A DNA stretch of 64,000 bases, from positions 83,973,108 through 84,037,107 of the forward strand of contig NC_057719.1 of assembly GCF_004010195.1 (NCBI RefSeq), read 5' to 3'. The position numbers were made by a program, and so were the translations under genes. Shown here one piece after another: positions 1 through 11,454 of this stretch (position 1 is the stretch's first letter; the number at the start of each line of letters is the position of its first letter). Source of the DNA: Chiloscyllium plagiosum. Its lineage: Eukaryota. The notes under the pieces are model-generated. The model was not told where the DNA came from, made no database searches, and saw nothing but the letters and a program-made list of their open reading frames with translations.

Positions 1-290
1 ATTATCTCCCTGTTTCTGGCCACACCAGCCCAAGGAACTGGAAGCAAACCGGAGATAACCACCTTGGACATCCTGCTTTTCAGCCTTCTTCCTAGTTCTC
101 CGAAGTCCCGTTGTAGTATGTTCCTCCTCTTTTTCCCGACATCATTTGTGCCGACATGTACCACCACCTCTGGCTCTTCACCTTCGCCCTTGAGGATTTC
201 CTGCACTCTGTCCGCGATGTCTTTCACCCTGGCACCAGGAAGGCAACACACCATCCTTAAATCCCATCTGCTGCCTCACAAACCCCTGTC
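1..290 (-). mobile_element. CR1 LINE ORF1 fragment (SGNH esterase-like domain)
   Basis: Reverse strand reads MVCCLPGARVKDIADRVQEILKGEGEEPEVVVHVGTNDVGKK...SKVVISGLLPVP, typical of CR1 ORF1 esterase; one upstream in-frame stop. Confidence 0.85.
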
Positions 291-539
291 TTTTCTGAAC
301 CCTCTCCAAATCTGTCCAAATTTTGTAATTCTGCTAAAATGAATAGAAAAACAGCCAGTTCTACTTCATAACTTGTTTTGCCTCACCTAGTGCTAGGTGA
401 GGAAAGTATGCAGCCATTGTGTCTTATCCAGTGCTTTAAGCTATGGTCTGCGCTTTCCTTTTTCGTGGCTCCATGTGACTTTCAGCAGCTTTCTGTAGGT
501 CTGAACATTCCAGTGTCCCTCTTTTTGGGTTCCTCTGTT

Positions 540-640
540 CTGAAGAAGTGTCACAGGACCTGAAACTTTAATTCTGATTTGTCCCCAGTGATGCTGCCAG
601 ACCTGCTAAGATTTCCTAGCAATTTCTGTTTTCATTCTTG
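540..640 (+). mobile_element. Old PLE-derived terminal fragment (family 2) with degenerate hammerhead-like motif
   Basis: CTGAAGAAG-tgtcacaggacct-GAAAC followed by gatgctgccagacctgct..gatttcc.agcaatttctgttttt; similar to 20252, 32255, 52088, 57670. Confidence 0.55.
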
Positions 641-699
641 TTTTAGTAATTGTGTTTCTATACAGCTTTTCAACACAAATCTCAGCTCCATTCTAACAT

Positions 700-1390
700 C
701 ATGCCGCAAGCTCACAGGACAACAGTTTCTATTGTGCCATCATGGACCATTTGGCACCGACCTAGGCACCAGAAATAACACAGCAAACTCTGACCTAAAA
801 ATTGTCCCTACCAAGGTTAAAATTGGGATAGCTGTTCACATAAATTAGTTAAGCAACAGCCTGACATAATCATACTCATGGAATCATACTTTGCAATGTT
901 TCTGAAAAAAACATCACTATCCTTGAGCATTTCCTGTCCCATTGGGAGGGCAGAACCAGCACAGGTGGTGGTACAGTGGTGTACAGTCAGGAAGGAGTTG
1001 CCCTGGGAGTCCTCCGCATTGCCTCTGGACCCCATGAAATCTCGCGGCATCAGATAAAACATGAGCAAGGAAACCTCCTGCTTATTGCCACACACTGCCT
1101 CACTCGGCTTCCATGATGAACACTACTTGGAGAATAAACTGAGGGGGCAAGGGCACAAAATGCACCACGAGTGGCTCAGCAGAGCCACTACTGAGGGAGC
1201 TGGTCAATTTCTAAAGGAAATGGCTACTAGACTGTGTCTTCTGCAGGTTGTGAGAGAACTAATAAAAGGGTAAAACATACTTAATCTTATCCTCACCAAT
1301 ACGCCTGCCACACTTATATTTGTCAATGACAGTATTGGTAAGAGTGAGTGTTGCATAATCCTGTGGAGACACAAGAAGCTGGACATGACA
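700..1390 (+). mobile_element. Degenerate LINE (CR1/L2 group) endonuclease region
   Basis: Broken frames give HQIKHEQGNLLLIA, HHEWLSRATTEGAGQFLKEMATRLCLLQVVRE, ILNLILTN (APE C-terminal motif). Confidence 0.65.
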
Positions 1391-1394
1391 GGAG

Positions 1395-1755
1395 AGGCAA
1401 TGACCTGGTAGTAATATTGCAGGACTGTTTATCCAGAGACCCAGATGATGCTCTGACGACTCGGTTTGAATTCTGCCATGGCAGATGGTGAATTTGAATT
1501 CAGTTTAAAAAACCTGGAATTAAGAGTCAAATGATGAGCATGATTCCATTGTTGATTGTCATAAAAATCCATCTGGGTCACTAATATCTGTTGGGGAAGG
1601 AAACTGCCATCCTTACCTAGTCTGACCTAAATGTGACTCCAGACCCACAGCAACGCCGTTGACTCTTAACTGCCCTCTGGGTAATTAGAAATGGGCAATT
1701 ACAGCTCGCCAGGCCAACAATGCCCTCATCCTGTGAATGAATTAATTAAAAAAAG
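1395..1755 (+). mobile_element. tRNA-derived SINE with LINE-like 3' tail
   Basis: Degenerate A/B-box head, conserved body, tail aattag.gatgggcaat...catcc..tgaatgaat(A)n; similar copies at 36512-36885 (+) and 38635-38955 (-). Confidence 0.65.
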
Positions 1756-1849
1756 AAATAAAGAAAGCATCACTCTGGACAAATCAGAAGCTTGATTGGC
1801 ACCTAATCCACAATGTTCACTCTCTCCATCACCGATGATTAGTGAGGCA

Positions 1850-2640
1850 TGATTAGGATGTTTGCTGATGACACTGAAATTGGCAGTATCATGGACTGTG
1901 AGGAAGATCCTTAGAAATTGCAGCAGGGCTCTGATCAGCTGGGGAAGTGAGTTGAGAAATGGCAAATAGAGTTTAATATAGATAAGTGTGAGGGCTTGCA
2001 TTTTGGAAAGTCAAATCAAGGTAAGAGTTTCATGGTGAATGGTAGGGCCTTAAGGAGTGTAGTGGAATAGAGGGATCTTGGAGTTCAGGTTCACAGTTCT
2101 CTGAAAGTGGAGTCACAGGTAGGCAGGATATTGAATGAGGCTTTTGGCACATTGGCCTTCATCAGTCAGGGCACTGGGAAATTATGCTGCAGTTATACAG
2201 AACGTTGTTGAGGCCACACTTGGAGTATTATGTTCAGTTTCGATCACTTTGTTATAGGAAGAACGTTATTATAGAAAGAGTGCAGAAGAAATTTACAAGG
2301 ATGTTGTCCAGACTCAATGGTCTCAGTTATATGGAGAGGTTGGACAAGCTAGGACTTTTTTCTTTGGAGCATAGGAGACTAAAGGGGGATCTCATAGAGG
2401 TATATAAGGTCATTAGAGGCATGAATAGGGTGAATGCACTCAGATTCCCCAGAGTTGGGGAATCGAAGACGAGAGGGCAGAGGGGAAAGAATAAAATTGA
2501 ACCTGGTGAGCTACTTTTCTACACAGAAGCTGGCACACATATGGAATGAGCTGCCAGCTGAAGTGGTTGAGGCAGGTACATTAACAATATTTATTTGGCA
2601 TTTGGACAAATACATGGAAAGGATTAGAAGAATATGAGCC
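1850..2640 (+). mobile_element. CR1 LINE ORF2 3' portion (degenerate)
   Basis: FADDTEIG at ~1860; MLQLYRTLLRPHLEYYVQF...LERVQKKFTRM...LFSLEHRRLKGDLIEVYK; WNELPAEVVEAGT. Confidence 0.9.
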
Positions 2641-3189
2641 AAGGTTGTCATGGAAGGTTATAACAAAGGTTCATCAGACTTGTCCCAGAAATAGTGGGAC
2701 TGTCCTGCAAAGACAGACTGGGTAAACTGGGCCAATAGAATTTTCAAAGAATGAGATGAGACCTAATTGAAACCCGTAAAATACTGGGAGGAATAGACAG
2801 GGTAGATGCAGGTGAGATGCTTCCCTTGGCTGGGGAGTCCAAAACCAAGAGCACAATTTAAAAATAAGTGGGAGGCTGTTCAGAACTGCGATGAAGAGAA
2901 TTTGTTTTTTTTAATTTGTATTCTGAATCTTTGAAATTTCTACCCAGACATTTGTGGAAGCTCACTCTTTGGGTATATTTAAAGTAGAGAGTGATAGATT
3001 CCTGACTGCCAATTGCATGAAGAGTAATGGGGATAATGCGAGCAAAGAGGTACTCTATCAGCCATTATTATATTAAATAACGGCGCAGGCTTGACGGGAT
3101 CAATAGCCTACCTTTGGTCCTATCCTCCCTACTCTCATATGACTGAATTCACATCCCCTTTTGCATTAAGATAACTTGGATAAAAACGC

Positions 3190-3373
3190 ATGATGTGGAG
3201 GAGCCAGTATTGGACTAGGCTGAACAAAGTTAAAAAATCTCAACACCAGGTTATAGTCCAACAGGTTTATTTGGAAGCACTAGCTTTTCGAAGCAAAACA
3301 CAACTACCTGAAAGCTAGTGGTTTCAAATTAACCTGTTAGACTATAACCTGGTGTTGTGTGATTTTTAACTTT
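3190..3373. mobile_element. Fold-back insertion, third PLE-like terminal family
   Basis: caaagttaaaaaatc.caacaccaggttatagtccaacaggttta...cactagctttt is mirrored by aaagctagtg...taacctgttagactataacctggtgttgtgtgatttttaactttg; extra tail on one side; flanked by ttggataaaa / ttggattaaa. Confidence 0.6.
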
Positions 3374-3383
3374 GGATTAAAGG

Positions 3384-4121
3384 TCAGCTTCTGACATAAT
3401 CTCTTAGATTTGGCTTTTCAGCCCAATGACCATTCCTCATGCAGCAGCATGTGTCAGAAGGATATTTTATGTTGGTGGGCATCACAACCCAAACTAATGC
3501 TGTTCTTAGCTGACATGCAAACAGGTACCCATGATGTTCTGGAATATTTTGTACATGAAATCTGAGCCTTGATCCAACTCTCGCGATGAGCAGACCAGAG
3601 TGGGTGAAGAATTGAGTCATTCCCTCCCTAATGCTTTGGCAGATATAGTTCTCAGGAGAACACCCTTTAGGTAATGGGTAGCCCCATCCACGGTTGTAAG
3701 GATATACTGGGAGCCCTATTTCATTTTGGGCAGTGATTCCAAATGAACCACAAACACCTTTTTGAATGTTTTCCCGGAGCTGGCACGGGAATTCGAAGGT
3801 GTGGATCATATTGTAGGTTGGGGTATTCCCACATTTCGGCAGGTTCGGCAAAACCTTCCTTGTGGGGTTGTGGCCAATAAAAATGTTGGCTATTCTGAAC
3901 TTGGGTTTTGAGTATAACGGCACGCTCAGCCTCCTGAATTTCAAGAGCTAGCCACAATAATTGCCGACAATATCCTGGGCATGTCACTGGGGGAACACTG
4001 TCCATCCCTCATTTGTAGTTCTGTGAGGGGTTAATTCCTCATCAGCATCTTATTTCTAATGCATTAGCATTCAGGACTGCTTCTGCCTCAGCTTCAGTAC
4101 GAGCAGGCTGCTCTTGTGTTA
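3384..4121 (-). mobile_element. Gypsy LTR retrotransposon integrase region (degenerate)
   Basis: With frameshifts: ARTEAEAEAV..., KTQVQNSQHFYWP, IPVPA, EGMTQFFTHSGL, DQGSDFMYKIFQNIMG; matches the Gypsy integrase zinc-binding/rve region. Confidence 0.8.
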
Positions 4122-4125
4122 GATC

Positions 4126-4250
4126 CCTGTCACGAGTGAATAATAAAGCAAAGTATTCATTAAGGACCACCCCTACATCCTCTGACTCCAGACACAAGTT
4201 TCCTCCGTTATCCCTGATCAGCCCTACCCTCACTCTGCCATCTCTTGTTC
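4126..4250 (-). mobile_element. CR1 ORF2 fragment, inverted relative to its continuation at 5409
   Basis: RVRVGLIRDNGGNLCLESEDVGVVLNEYFALLFTRDRD. Confidence 0.85.
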
Positions 4251-5408
4251 TTTTCTCTGAGGAAAGTGCCTGATCAGAAGGCAGTAAATAAGGTGATCTT
4301 AAGTGCATTTGTGCCAGAGGTGTCCAGTTAAAAAAAATCCTTACTCCTCAAAAAGCACTGAACAAACATCCGTAGAATTTGAAAGGCTTAAGCTTTTGAC
4401 CATTGGGTCTGGTCATTCAACACAGTAGCCAATTAGGAATGCCTCTGGGAAATAGTTTCCTGTTGAGGTCTTCACAAATTCCTTACCCTTACCAGCAAGA
4501 GTGTCTGTTCCTCCAGGCGCAATGATGGGTCTAGCCAGGCGGGCAGTCACACTGACGGATGATGATGAGCTGATTCACAAGCCCTGTTCCAGAAGAAACC
4601 CTTCAGTCGACACTTCCCAACCAACTGGACAGGATAGAGGTGGAGAGAATCATGGGAAATGGAGCATTCATGGGAGAGGGGAGAATGCTCGGGGCCCCTC
4701 TTCAGGTGAGATGCAAAGTGAGGTGAGGAGGTTTCTGTATGTTAATTGTGGGACGTGTCTGGCCCAACTGCTAGAGGCTGTAGGAAAATTCTGTGGATTT
4801 TACTTCGTCACATTCATCCTATGCAGCGATGGAAACCAGTCAGAGAATGTAACGGACCAGATCAGGCCTCTGACTGCGACTGCGAATCAGAGCATAGGCA
4901 TTCCTGGGAGTGTAGGTGGGGTTAAATGAATCCATGAGACTTATTGCTACCAAGAGGCAGCCAAACTCTACTGCTGGGAAAAGACCTGACCTTTTCCCCA
5001 AGGAGTTCAGTAAACGGTGGTTAAAACCATGGAAAAAGAGTACATGCTGGCTCTGTCTCGAGTGGGACATTGTATTGGGGCGGGTGACTGCAGGAGTTGT
5101 CCCCCGTTTGCTTGTGGACAGGATTAACCTGCTTCGCTGCAATGACCTGGCAGGAGTAAAGGTCATAGCATTTCCCTTCATCTCTAAATTGCCCAGATGA
5201 GTTCAGGGAGTTTGAACAGCTGTGGCGAGCATTTTCTCTGACCGTGTGGTCACATGATCCGTGGTCAGACCAGCTCAGCTGGTGGAGGCTGATGTGGCGC
5301 TGCAAATACAAGACTCTCCAGGTTGGTATGAAAATTTTTTCAGGAGTCTGGAGGATGTCAAGGAGACAATAAATGGAGCTTCCTTGCTTCTTTTCAGTCC
5401 AACAAGCT
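4251..5408 (+). mobile_element. Gypsy (Gmr1-like) gag-protease region (degenerate)
   Basis: EQTSVEFERLK, EVFTNSLP, ARRAVTLTDDDELIHK (cf. AAxLADDYxLTHK), QTLLLGKDLTFSP, VTAGVVPRLLVDRINLLRCNDLAGVKV (cf. LLLGNDLAGGKV), DRVVT*S, VQQAD. Confidence 0.75.
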
Positions 5409-6895
5409 GATCTCATCGTTTGTCAGAAAAAGGCTGATCTGCTCGAATAGATTGATGTTAAGGGGGATGTGCTGGAAATTTTGAAAAACATGAGGACAGA
5501 TAAGTCCCCTGGGCCAGATGGGATATAGCCAAGGTTACTACAGGAAGCAAAGGAAGAGATTTGCGCCTTTAGCGATCATCCTTGCGTACTAGAGTGGTGG
5601 CAGATGATTGGAGGGTGGCAAATATTATTCCCTTGTTCATGAAAGGGAATATGGATAACCTTGGGAATTACAGACCAGTTAGTCTTACGTTGGCGATGGG
5701 CAAAGTATTGCAGAGGATTCTAAGAGTCTGGATTTGCGATTATTTAGAAAAGCATAGTTTGATTAGAGATATTCAGCATGGCTTTGAGACAGTCAGGTCA
5801 TAACTCACAAGCCTTATTGAATTCTTTGAGGGTGGTGACAAAATATGTTGATGAAGGTAGAGCAGTGGATGTGGTGCCTCTGGATTTTTGCAAGGCATTT
5901 GAAAAGGTTCCCCATGATAGGCTAATTCATAAAATAAGGAGGCATGGGATACAGGGACATTTGGCTGTCTGGATACAGAATTGGTTGGCCCATAGAAGAC
6001 AGAGGGTGGTAGTAGATAGAAAGTATTCAGCCTAGAGCTCAGTAACCAGTGGTTTTCCACATGGATCAGGCATTTGAAAAGGTTCCCCATGGTAGGCTAA
6101 TTCATAAAATAAGGAGGCATGGGATACGGGACATTTGGCTGTCTGGATACAGAATTGGTTGGCCCATAGAAGTAGGTGGTAGTAGATAGAAAGTATTCAG
6201 CCTAGAGCTCAGTAACCAGTGGTTTTCCACATGGATCAGTTCAAGTACCTCTGGTCCTCGTGATTTTTAAAAATGACTTGGATGAGGAAGTGGATAGGGT
6301 GGGTTAGTAAGTTTGCCAATGGCACAAAGATTGGTGGAGTTGTGGATTATGTGGAGGGGTGTTGTAGGTTGCAACGAGACATTGACAGGATGCAGAGCTG
6401 GGCTGAGAAGTGGCAGATGAAGTTCAACCTGGAAAAGCGTGAAGTGATTTGTTTTGGAAGGTTGAATTTGAATGCACATTACAGGGTTAAAGGCAGTATT
6501 CTTCACTGGCAGTGTGCAGGAACAGAGGGATCTTGGGGTCCATGTCCATAGATCCCTCAAAGTTGCCACCCAGGTTGATAGGATTGTTAAGATGATGTAT
6601 GGTGTGTTGGCTTTCATTAGTTTAAGAGCCTTGTATTGAGCTTAAGAGCCTTGAGGTTATGCTGCAGCTCTATAATGCACTGGTTAGACCATACTTGGAA
6701 TATTGTGTTCAGTTCTGGTCGCCTCATTATAGGAAAGATGTGGAAGCTTTAGAGAGGGTGTAGAGGAGATTTACCAGAATGCTGCCTAAACTGGAGGGCA
6801 TGTCTCATGAAGAAAGGTTGAGAGAGCTAGGGCTTTTTTTCATTGGAGAGAAGCATATGAAGTGACTTGATACAGGTGTACAAGATGATCAGAGA
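5409..6895 (+). mobile_element. CR1 LINE ORF2 reverse transcriptase region (degenerate)
   Basis: DKSPGPDGI, DWRVANIIPLFMKG, GNYRPVSLT, DFCKAFEKVPHDRL, SKFANGTKIGG, WAEKWQMKFN; stops, frameshifts, internal duplication. Confidence 0.92.
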
Positions 6896-7238
6896 CGTAG
6901 AGAGAACATTGTCCTCACTTTCTCCCTGTGCTGTACTGTTCTATGTTCTAAAAGAACAAACCTGTGTGCTTTCCCTGAAAACTTGCTGGAGAGCACTTGG
7001 AACCAATTTTGGAATGGCTGCTGTGCTCCCCCCTTGGAAAAGAAGAAAACTTCCACCTCTGGTTCCTTAAACTTAGGAATTAAATGAGCCACCAAGTTGC
7101 ATCTGCCCTTAAGTCTAAGCAGCAAGGATTCCTGTTTGTCAGCTCCTGCTCTTTTATTGTACAGTTTTTCCTGAAGTTCCTTTACTTCTCTCCTTGCTCT
7201 TTCTGTTCCTTTCCATTTTGTTCTCCCTCTTTGGGAAA

Positions 7239-7576
7239 GCACGGTGGCTCAGTCGTTAGCACTGCTGCCTCACAGCAGCAGGGACAAAGGTTCAATTCCA
7301 CCCTCGGGTGATTGTGTGGAGTTTGCACATTGTCCCAGCGTCTGCATGGGTTTCCTCCGGGTGCTCCGGTTTTTTCCCCACAGTCCAAAGACGTGCAGGT
7401 TAGTTGGATTGGTCACGCTAAATTGCCCAAAGTGTGTCGGGGTGTGCAGGCTAGATGGATTAGTCATGGGAAATGCAGGGTTACAGGGATAGGGTAGGGG
7501 TCTGGGAGGGATTTTATTTTTGAAGGGTTGATGGGTCAAATGGTCTGATTCCATACTGTAGGGGTTCTATGACTCT
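7239..7576 (+). mobile_element. V-SINE (HE1-like) tRNA-derived SINE
   Basis: gcacggtggctcagtcgttagcactgctgcctcacagc...ggttcaattcc (A/B boxes), central tgtggagtttgcac...ctccgggtgctccgg domain, CR1-like tail. Confidence 0.9.
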
Positions 7577-8585
7577 TTCTTCTCTCTTTGTCTTCCACCT
7601 GCCCAACATTTTAATCTTAAATGCCTCACTAACATTCTTAACTGTTTGAGGATAGGACTTTTAAAGCTTCAAAAGTCACCTTGCCCAATTCTACTCATGG
7701 TGGACATGTCTATTCTGTGGGTAATACAATCTCAAGAGATCCTTTACAGTTTTGTTTCAAGAAAACTGGTTTCAAATTGACAATTTACCTGCTCTAATGC
7801 TTTCAATTCATCTGTGGGTTTACGTTACGACCAATGTTCATTCTAAACTATGTGGCTGCACACGAGTGTAGCCACACCCATGTCAGCATCGGCACGCCAA
7901 TCCTAGCATCGACTTCCTGCTCCAGATGGCGCTGAAATGCACAGGCTTTGGAGGCCCAAGCAGCTGGCATGAAAACTCGAGGGAACGCTAGTTACAATCA
8001 CAATTTATAATAACCAGATCCTGGGAAAGGTTCCCAAGTTATTTCAGTTCCAGACAGGATATAAGTTGTCGAGCTCCCCAGAGAGGGGGGACGAACTGGA
8101 TTTATTCGCTCACCTCCTTGGTGGGTTGCAGTTGGGACAATTTACAAAGCACCTCTTCCTTATAGATAACTTTCTCCCAACCCCAAGAGTTCAGTTTTGA
8201 AAAAGAGCATTTGAGTTGACAAAAGATTGATGTTATAAGTTACTAAACACAACAAACAAAAAAAATGCATCACACACATCAGAAATAAGAAATGAGTTCA
8301 AAGAAGTTACAAGATATATATTTGAGCCTCAGATTCATTCAGAGCCATAGATTATGAAGCACTGATTGTCAAACAGTTGATGCTTGGCTTTGCAGCTTAG
8401 TTGAAATCTTTGTCTTATTTCTCTTTAGTGGTAATTGGCTAGTAGCACTCAAAGCGAGAGACATCTTCCTGGTCCTGTTTCCTGTCCGCTAACTGGCTTA
8501 TAACAAGAGACTAAAGTTAGTTGCAATGCAGAGATGTCTAATGTGTGGTTCTGACTGTGACCTTCTAAGCACAGTAAAACTCAAA

Positions 8586-8691
8586 GGAGAAAGTGAGGAC
8601 TGCAGATCCTGGAGATCAGAGCTGAAAATGTGTTGCTGGAAAAGCACCTGTCCTGCCTGACCTGCTGTGCTTTTCCAGCAACACATTTTCA
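8586..8691. mobile_element. PLE-derived fold-back mini-element (family 1), centre deleted
   Basis: ggagaaagtgaggactgcag...ctggaaaagc / gcttttccagcaacacattttc; TSD acagtaaaac(t/g)caaa at 8571-8585 and 8692-8706. Confidence 0.85.
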
Positions 8692-9283
8692 ACAGTAAAA
8701 CGCAAACCCAAGCTTTGGCACAAGATCATCTCAGCTTACCAGCAAACTATCCGAGCATACAGAGGCCAGGATTAATGGGCTTTTAAACCCTGTATCTTTA
8801 AAAGGAGAAAACAAAAGATACCTCTCACCCAAAGTGCTGTATTTTCTCCCATCATGTTCACAGTCTGAGCTAACTTTCAGGAGATGACAGTTCAGTTGTA
8901 GCACATTCCTCCACTTTAAGTCCATCCTTTTGAAGCTTCCTTGACACCTCAACAGGTGTGACTATCCAGAAGCTCTTTCTTCTCACAGCCTTTGAATTTA
9001 TTGCAGTCATCTGTTGCTGGATGTCCTTTTCAGAAAAGGTGTGTTGTAATTAAACATTTCATGTCTATATGTAATTAAGTGTTTCATAGGTTTATAACCT
9101 GGGCTGTTGAAATCACTCTGTATCACAAACCAGCTGCTTAACTGAGCTAACTATCTCTATCAGAAAAGACTACGCAGACTATTTTAATAGAAAACAGATG
9201 ATGAAAGTCATAAAAGGATTTGACAGATATAGAAATATTTCCACTTGTGAGGCAGTACAAAACCAGGGATAATAAATAGAGTC

Positions 9284-9419
9284 GAAAATGTGTTGCTGGA
9301 AAAGCGCAGCAGGTCAGGCAGCATCCAAGGAGCAGAAGAATCGACGTTTCGGGCATAAGCCCTTCTTCAGGAACACATTTTCAGCTCTGATCTCCAGTAT
9401 CTGCAGCCCTCACTTTCTC
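9284..9419. mobile_element. PLE-derived fold-back mini-element with intact hammerhead-like core on the minus strand
   Basis: Reverse complement of 9343-9370 = CTGAAGAAGGGCTTATGCCCGAAACGTC; TSD ataataaatagagtc at 9269-9283 and 9423-9437. Confidence 0.85.
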
Positions 9420-11454
9420 TCAATAATAAATAGAGTCACAGAGATGTACAGCCTGGAAACAGACCCTTCGGTCCAACTCGTCCATGCCGACCAGATATCC
9501 CAATCCAATCTAGACCTGCCTTCCAACACCTGGCCTACATCCCTGCAAATCGTAAAATTCTCATTAATAAGTCATAAGGAATTAAAGAAAAAAACTATCT
9601 CTAGAGTGACTAGCATTTAGAACATGCTTGTTTAGGTGAATGGTATAGATGCATTTAATGGAAAACAAATGCAAGACGAAGAAAAGCATATGAAGAGATG
9701 TTGACAGGGTTTCAAAATTTAAGGCGGGAAAAACCAATGAAGAGTATAAGCAGCAGCAGACACATTGGGCCAAATCGCCTCTTTCTGAGCTACTGACTGG
9801 AGGAAACATTTCCTGTGTACTTCCTCGACTACAGGTAGTGTGCAATAAAACTAAGAAAAATAAAAGGTGTCAACTTTAATCTATACTACTTGTCTCAGTG
9901 CAACAGGATACCACTGAGGTTAATTTGATAAGGTCACTATGACTTATTATGATCTACTGGGCTCATTTTATTGTGAATATGAATTCTGGTGCAGCTAGTC
10001 CAGAGGATAACATGATAGCCAAATGCAGCAGTGGATGGTACATTTCAGAAGGTTCCAGCTTCTTGCTGGGCAGCAGTTTAGCCCACTCAGATGGTAGGTA
10101 CATACTAAACGGCTTCAGGTCACTGACAGTCACTGCAAACAAATAAAATTAGTCGTTTGATGTCAGGATTAGCTTCAGCTATCAAGGTTGTCACTGTCAA
10201 ACTGGATACTAGCAAATCTAAACTCAGGAATGAAGAGCGTCAGCTGGACAGAGACCTGACAGCAGGGACGGGGGAAGTGAGGACATCGTATCTCACTCTC
10301 AGATACAGTGACAAAGTGGTGCTGGGTTAGCACAAGGGCAAGAGAGAGAAACATTATTCTCTAACAACAATCCGTTTTGGAAGCATCCCCATTCCCCAAA
10401 CACATGAGGCTCTAGTTAATCTGTGTGAAATCCTCACTTTAGAAACATAACTCAAGTTGACAGGTGCCATAACACACAAGGGCTCCACTGAAAGCAAAAA
10501 GCTCCAATGAAGGTCAACTAGGACGGTGCAGTTAATCAGCTGCAGTTGGGCCTGAGCAGTGCCTCTTTCCATGACATCAGCATACCACGGACCTGGAATG
10601 CTTGTTGGAGAACTTTCCAATTGACTGCTGTTTAATTCCAACATCACAGTAAGAGCACCCTGCACCTGGAAACCAGCTGAGAAAGGTTTAAACAGAAACA
10701 AGAGCCAACGAGAGGGCTTGACCTTCTGTGCGATTTAGCAACTATTTCTCTCAATTAACAGCAGTCTGAAGCCTTCAAAGGAAGGATCTGTGCAGCTGGA
10801 TTCAGACATTCTCCCCACCCCCACAGCACACACAAAAAATATAACAGACGCTGCCAAAACTATGAAATGTGCAGGAGGCCACTCTGAGTAATGCAGTGGA
10901 TTCAAGTAGTCACAGCCACAATTCACAGTGTCTCACTCTCATTGCAGACTGGTTCTACCATTGAACATCCTCAAAATCCCAAATGATACAACGCAACGCC
11001 ATGCAAGTGAGATGAGAAAAATGCCACTCTTGTCACTCGAGGGGGATAACTTGCCAAGAGCAGTGCATCAGTGCACAAGTGTGTGGGGGTCAGGAATATG
11101 TAGAGCTTAGGCTGCCAACCCTCCAGTCAGCAACAATCTCCTGGAAAATACCTTATGCATAGCCAACCTATACAGAGGAGTATGACAGTACTCTGACCAC
11201 GTGCCTGGGTAGATGCATCACCAGTATCACTCAAGATATCTAACACCATCCAACACAAGGCAGCCCACTTGATGGACAACTATCAATCACCTTAAATACG
11301 GCACATTGCCAGCAGAGTGCATCTGGTGCCACGGCAGTGATCCTACCTTTGAACCAGAAGATCTGGGTTTAAGACCTATGTGCTTCAAAAATTATGCAAT
11401 AACATCTCTTAACAGGTCAATTAGAAAATACCTACATGGGCAGCAGTGTGTATT

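Noticed and set aside
3384..3944. 186-aa ORF as a viral glycoprotein or novel gene
   Set aside because: It is a frameshift mosaic of a decayed Gypsy integrase
7239..7310. tRNA gene
   Set aside because: The A/B boxes belong to a V-SINE head followed by the SINE body; the same applies to the other copies
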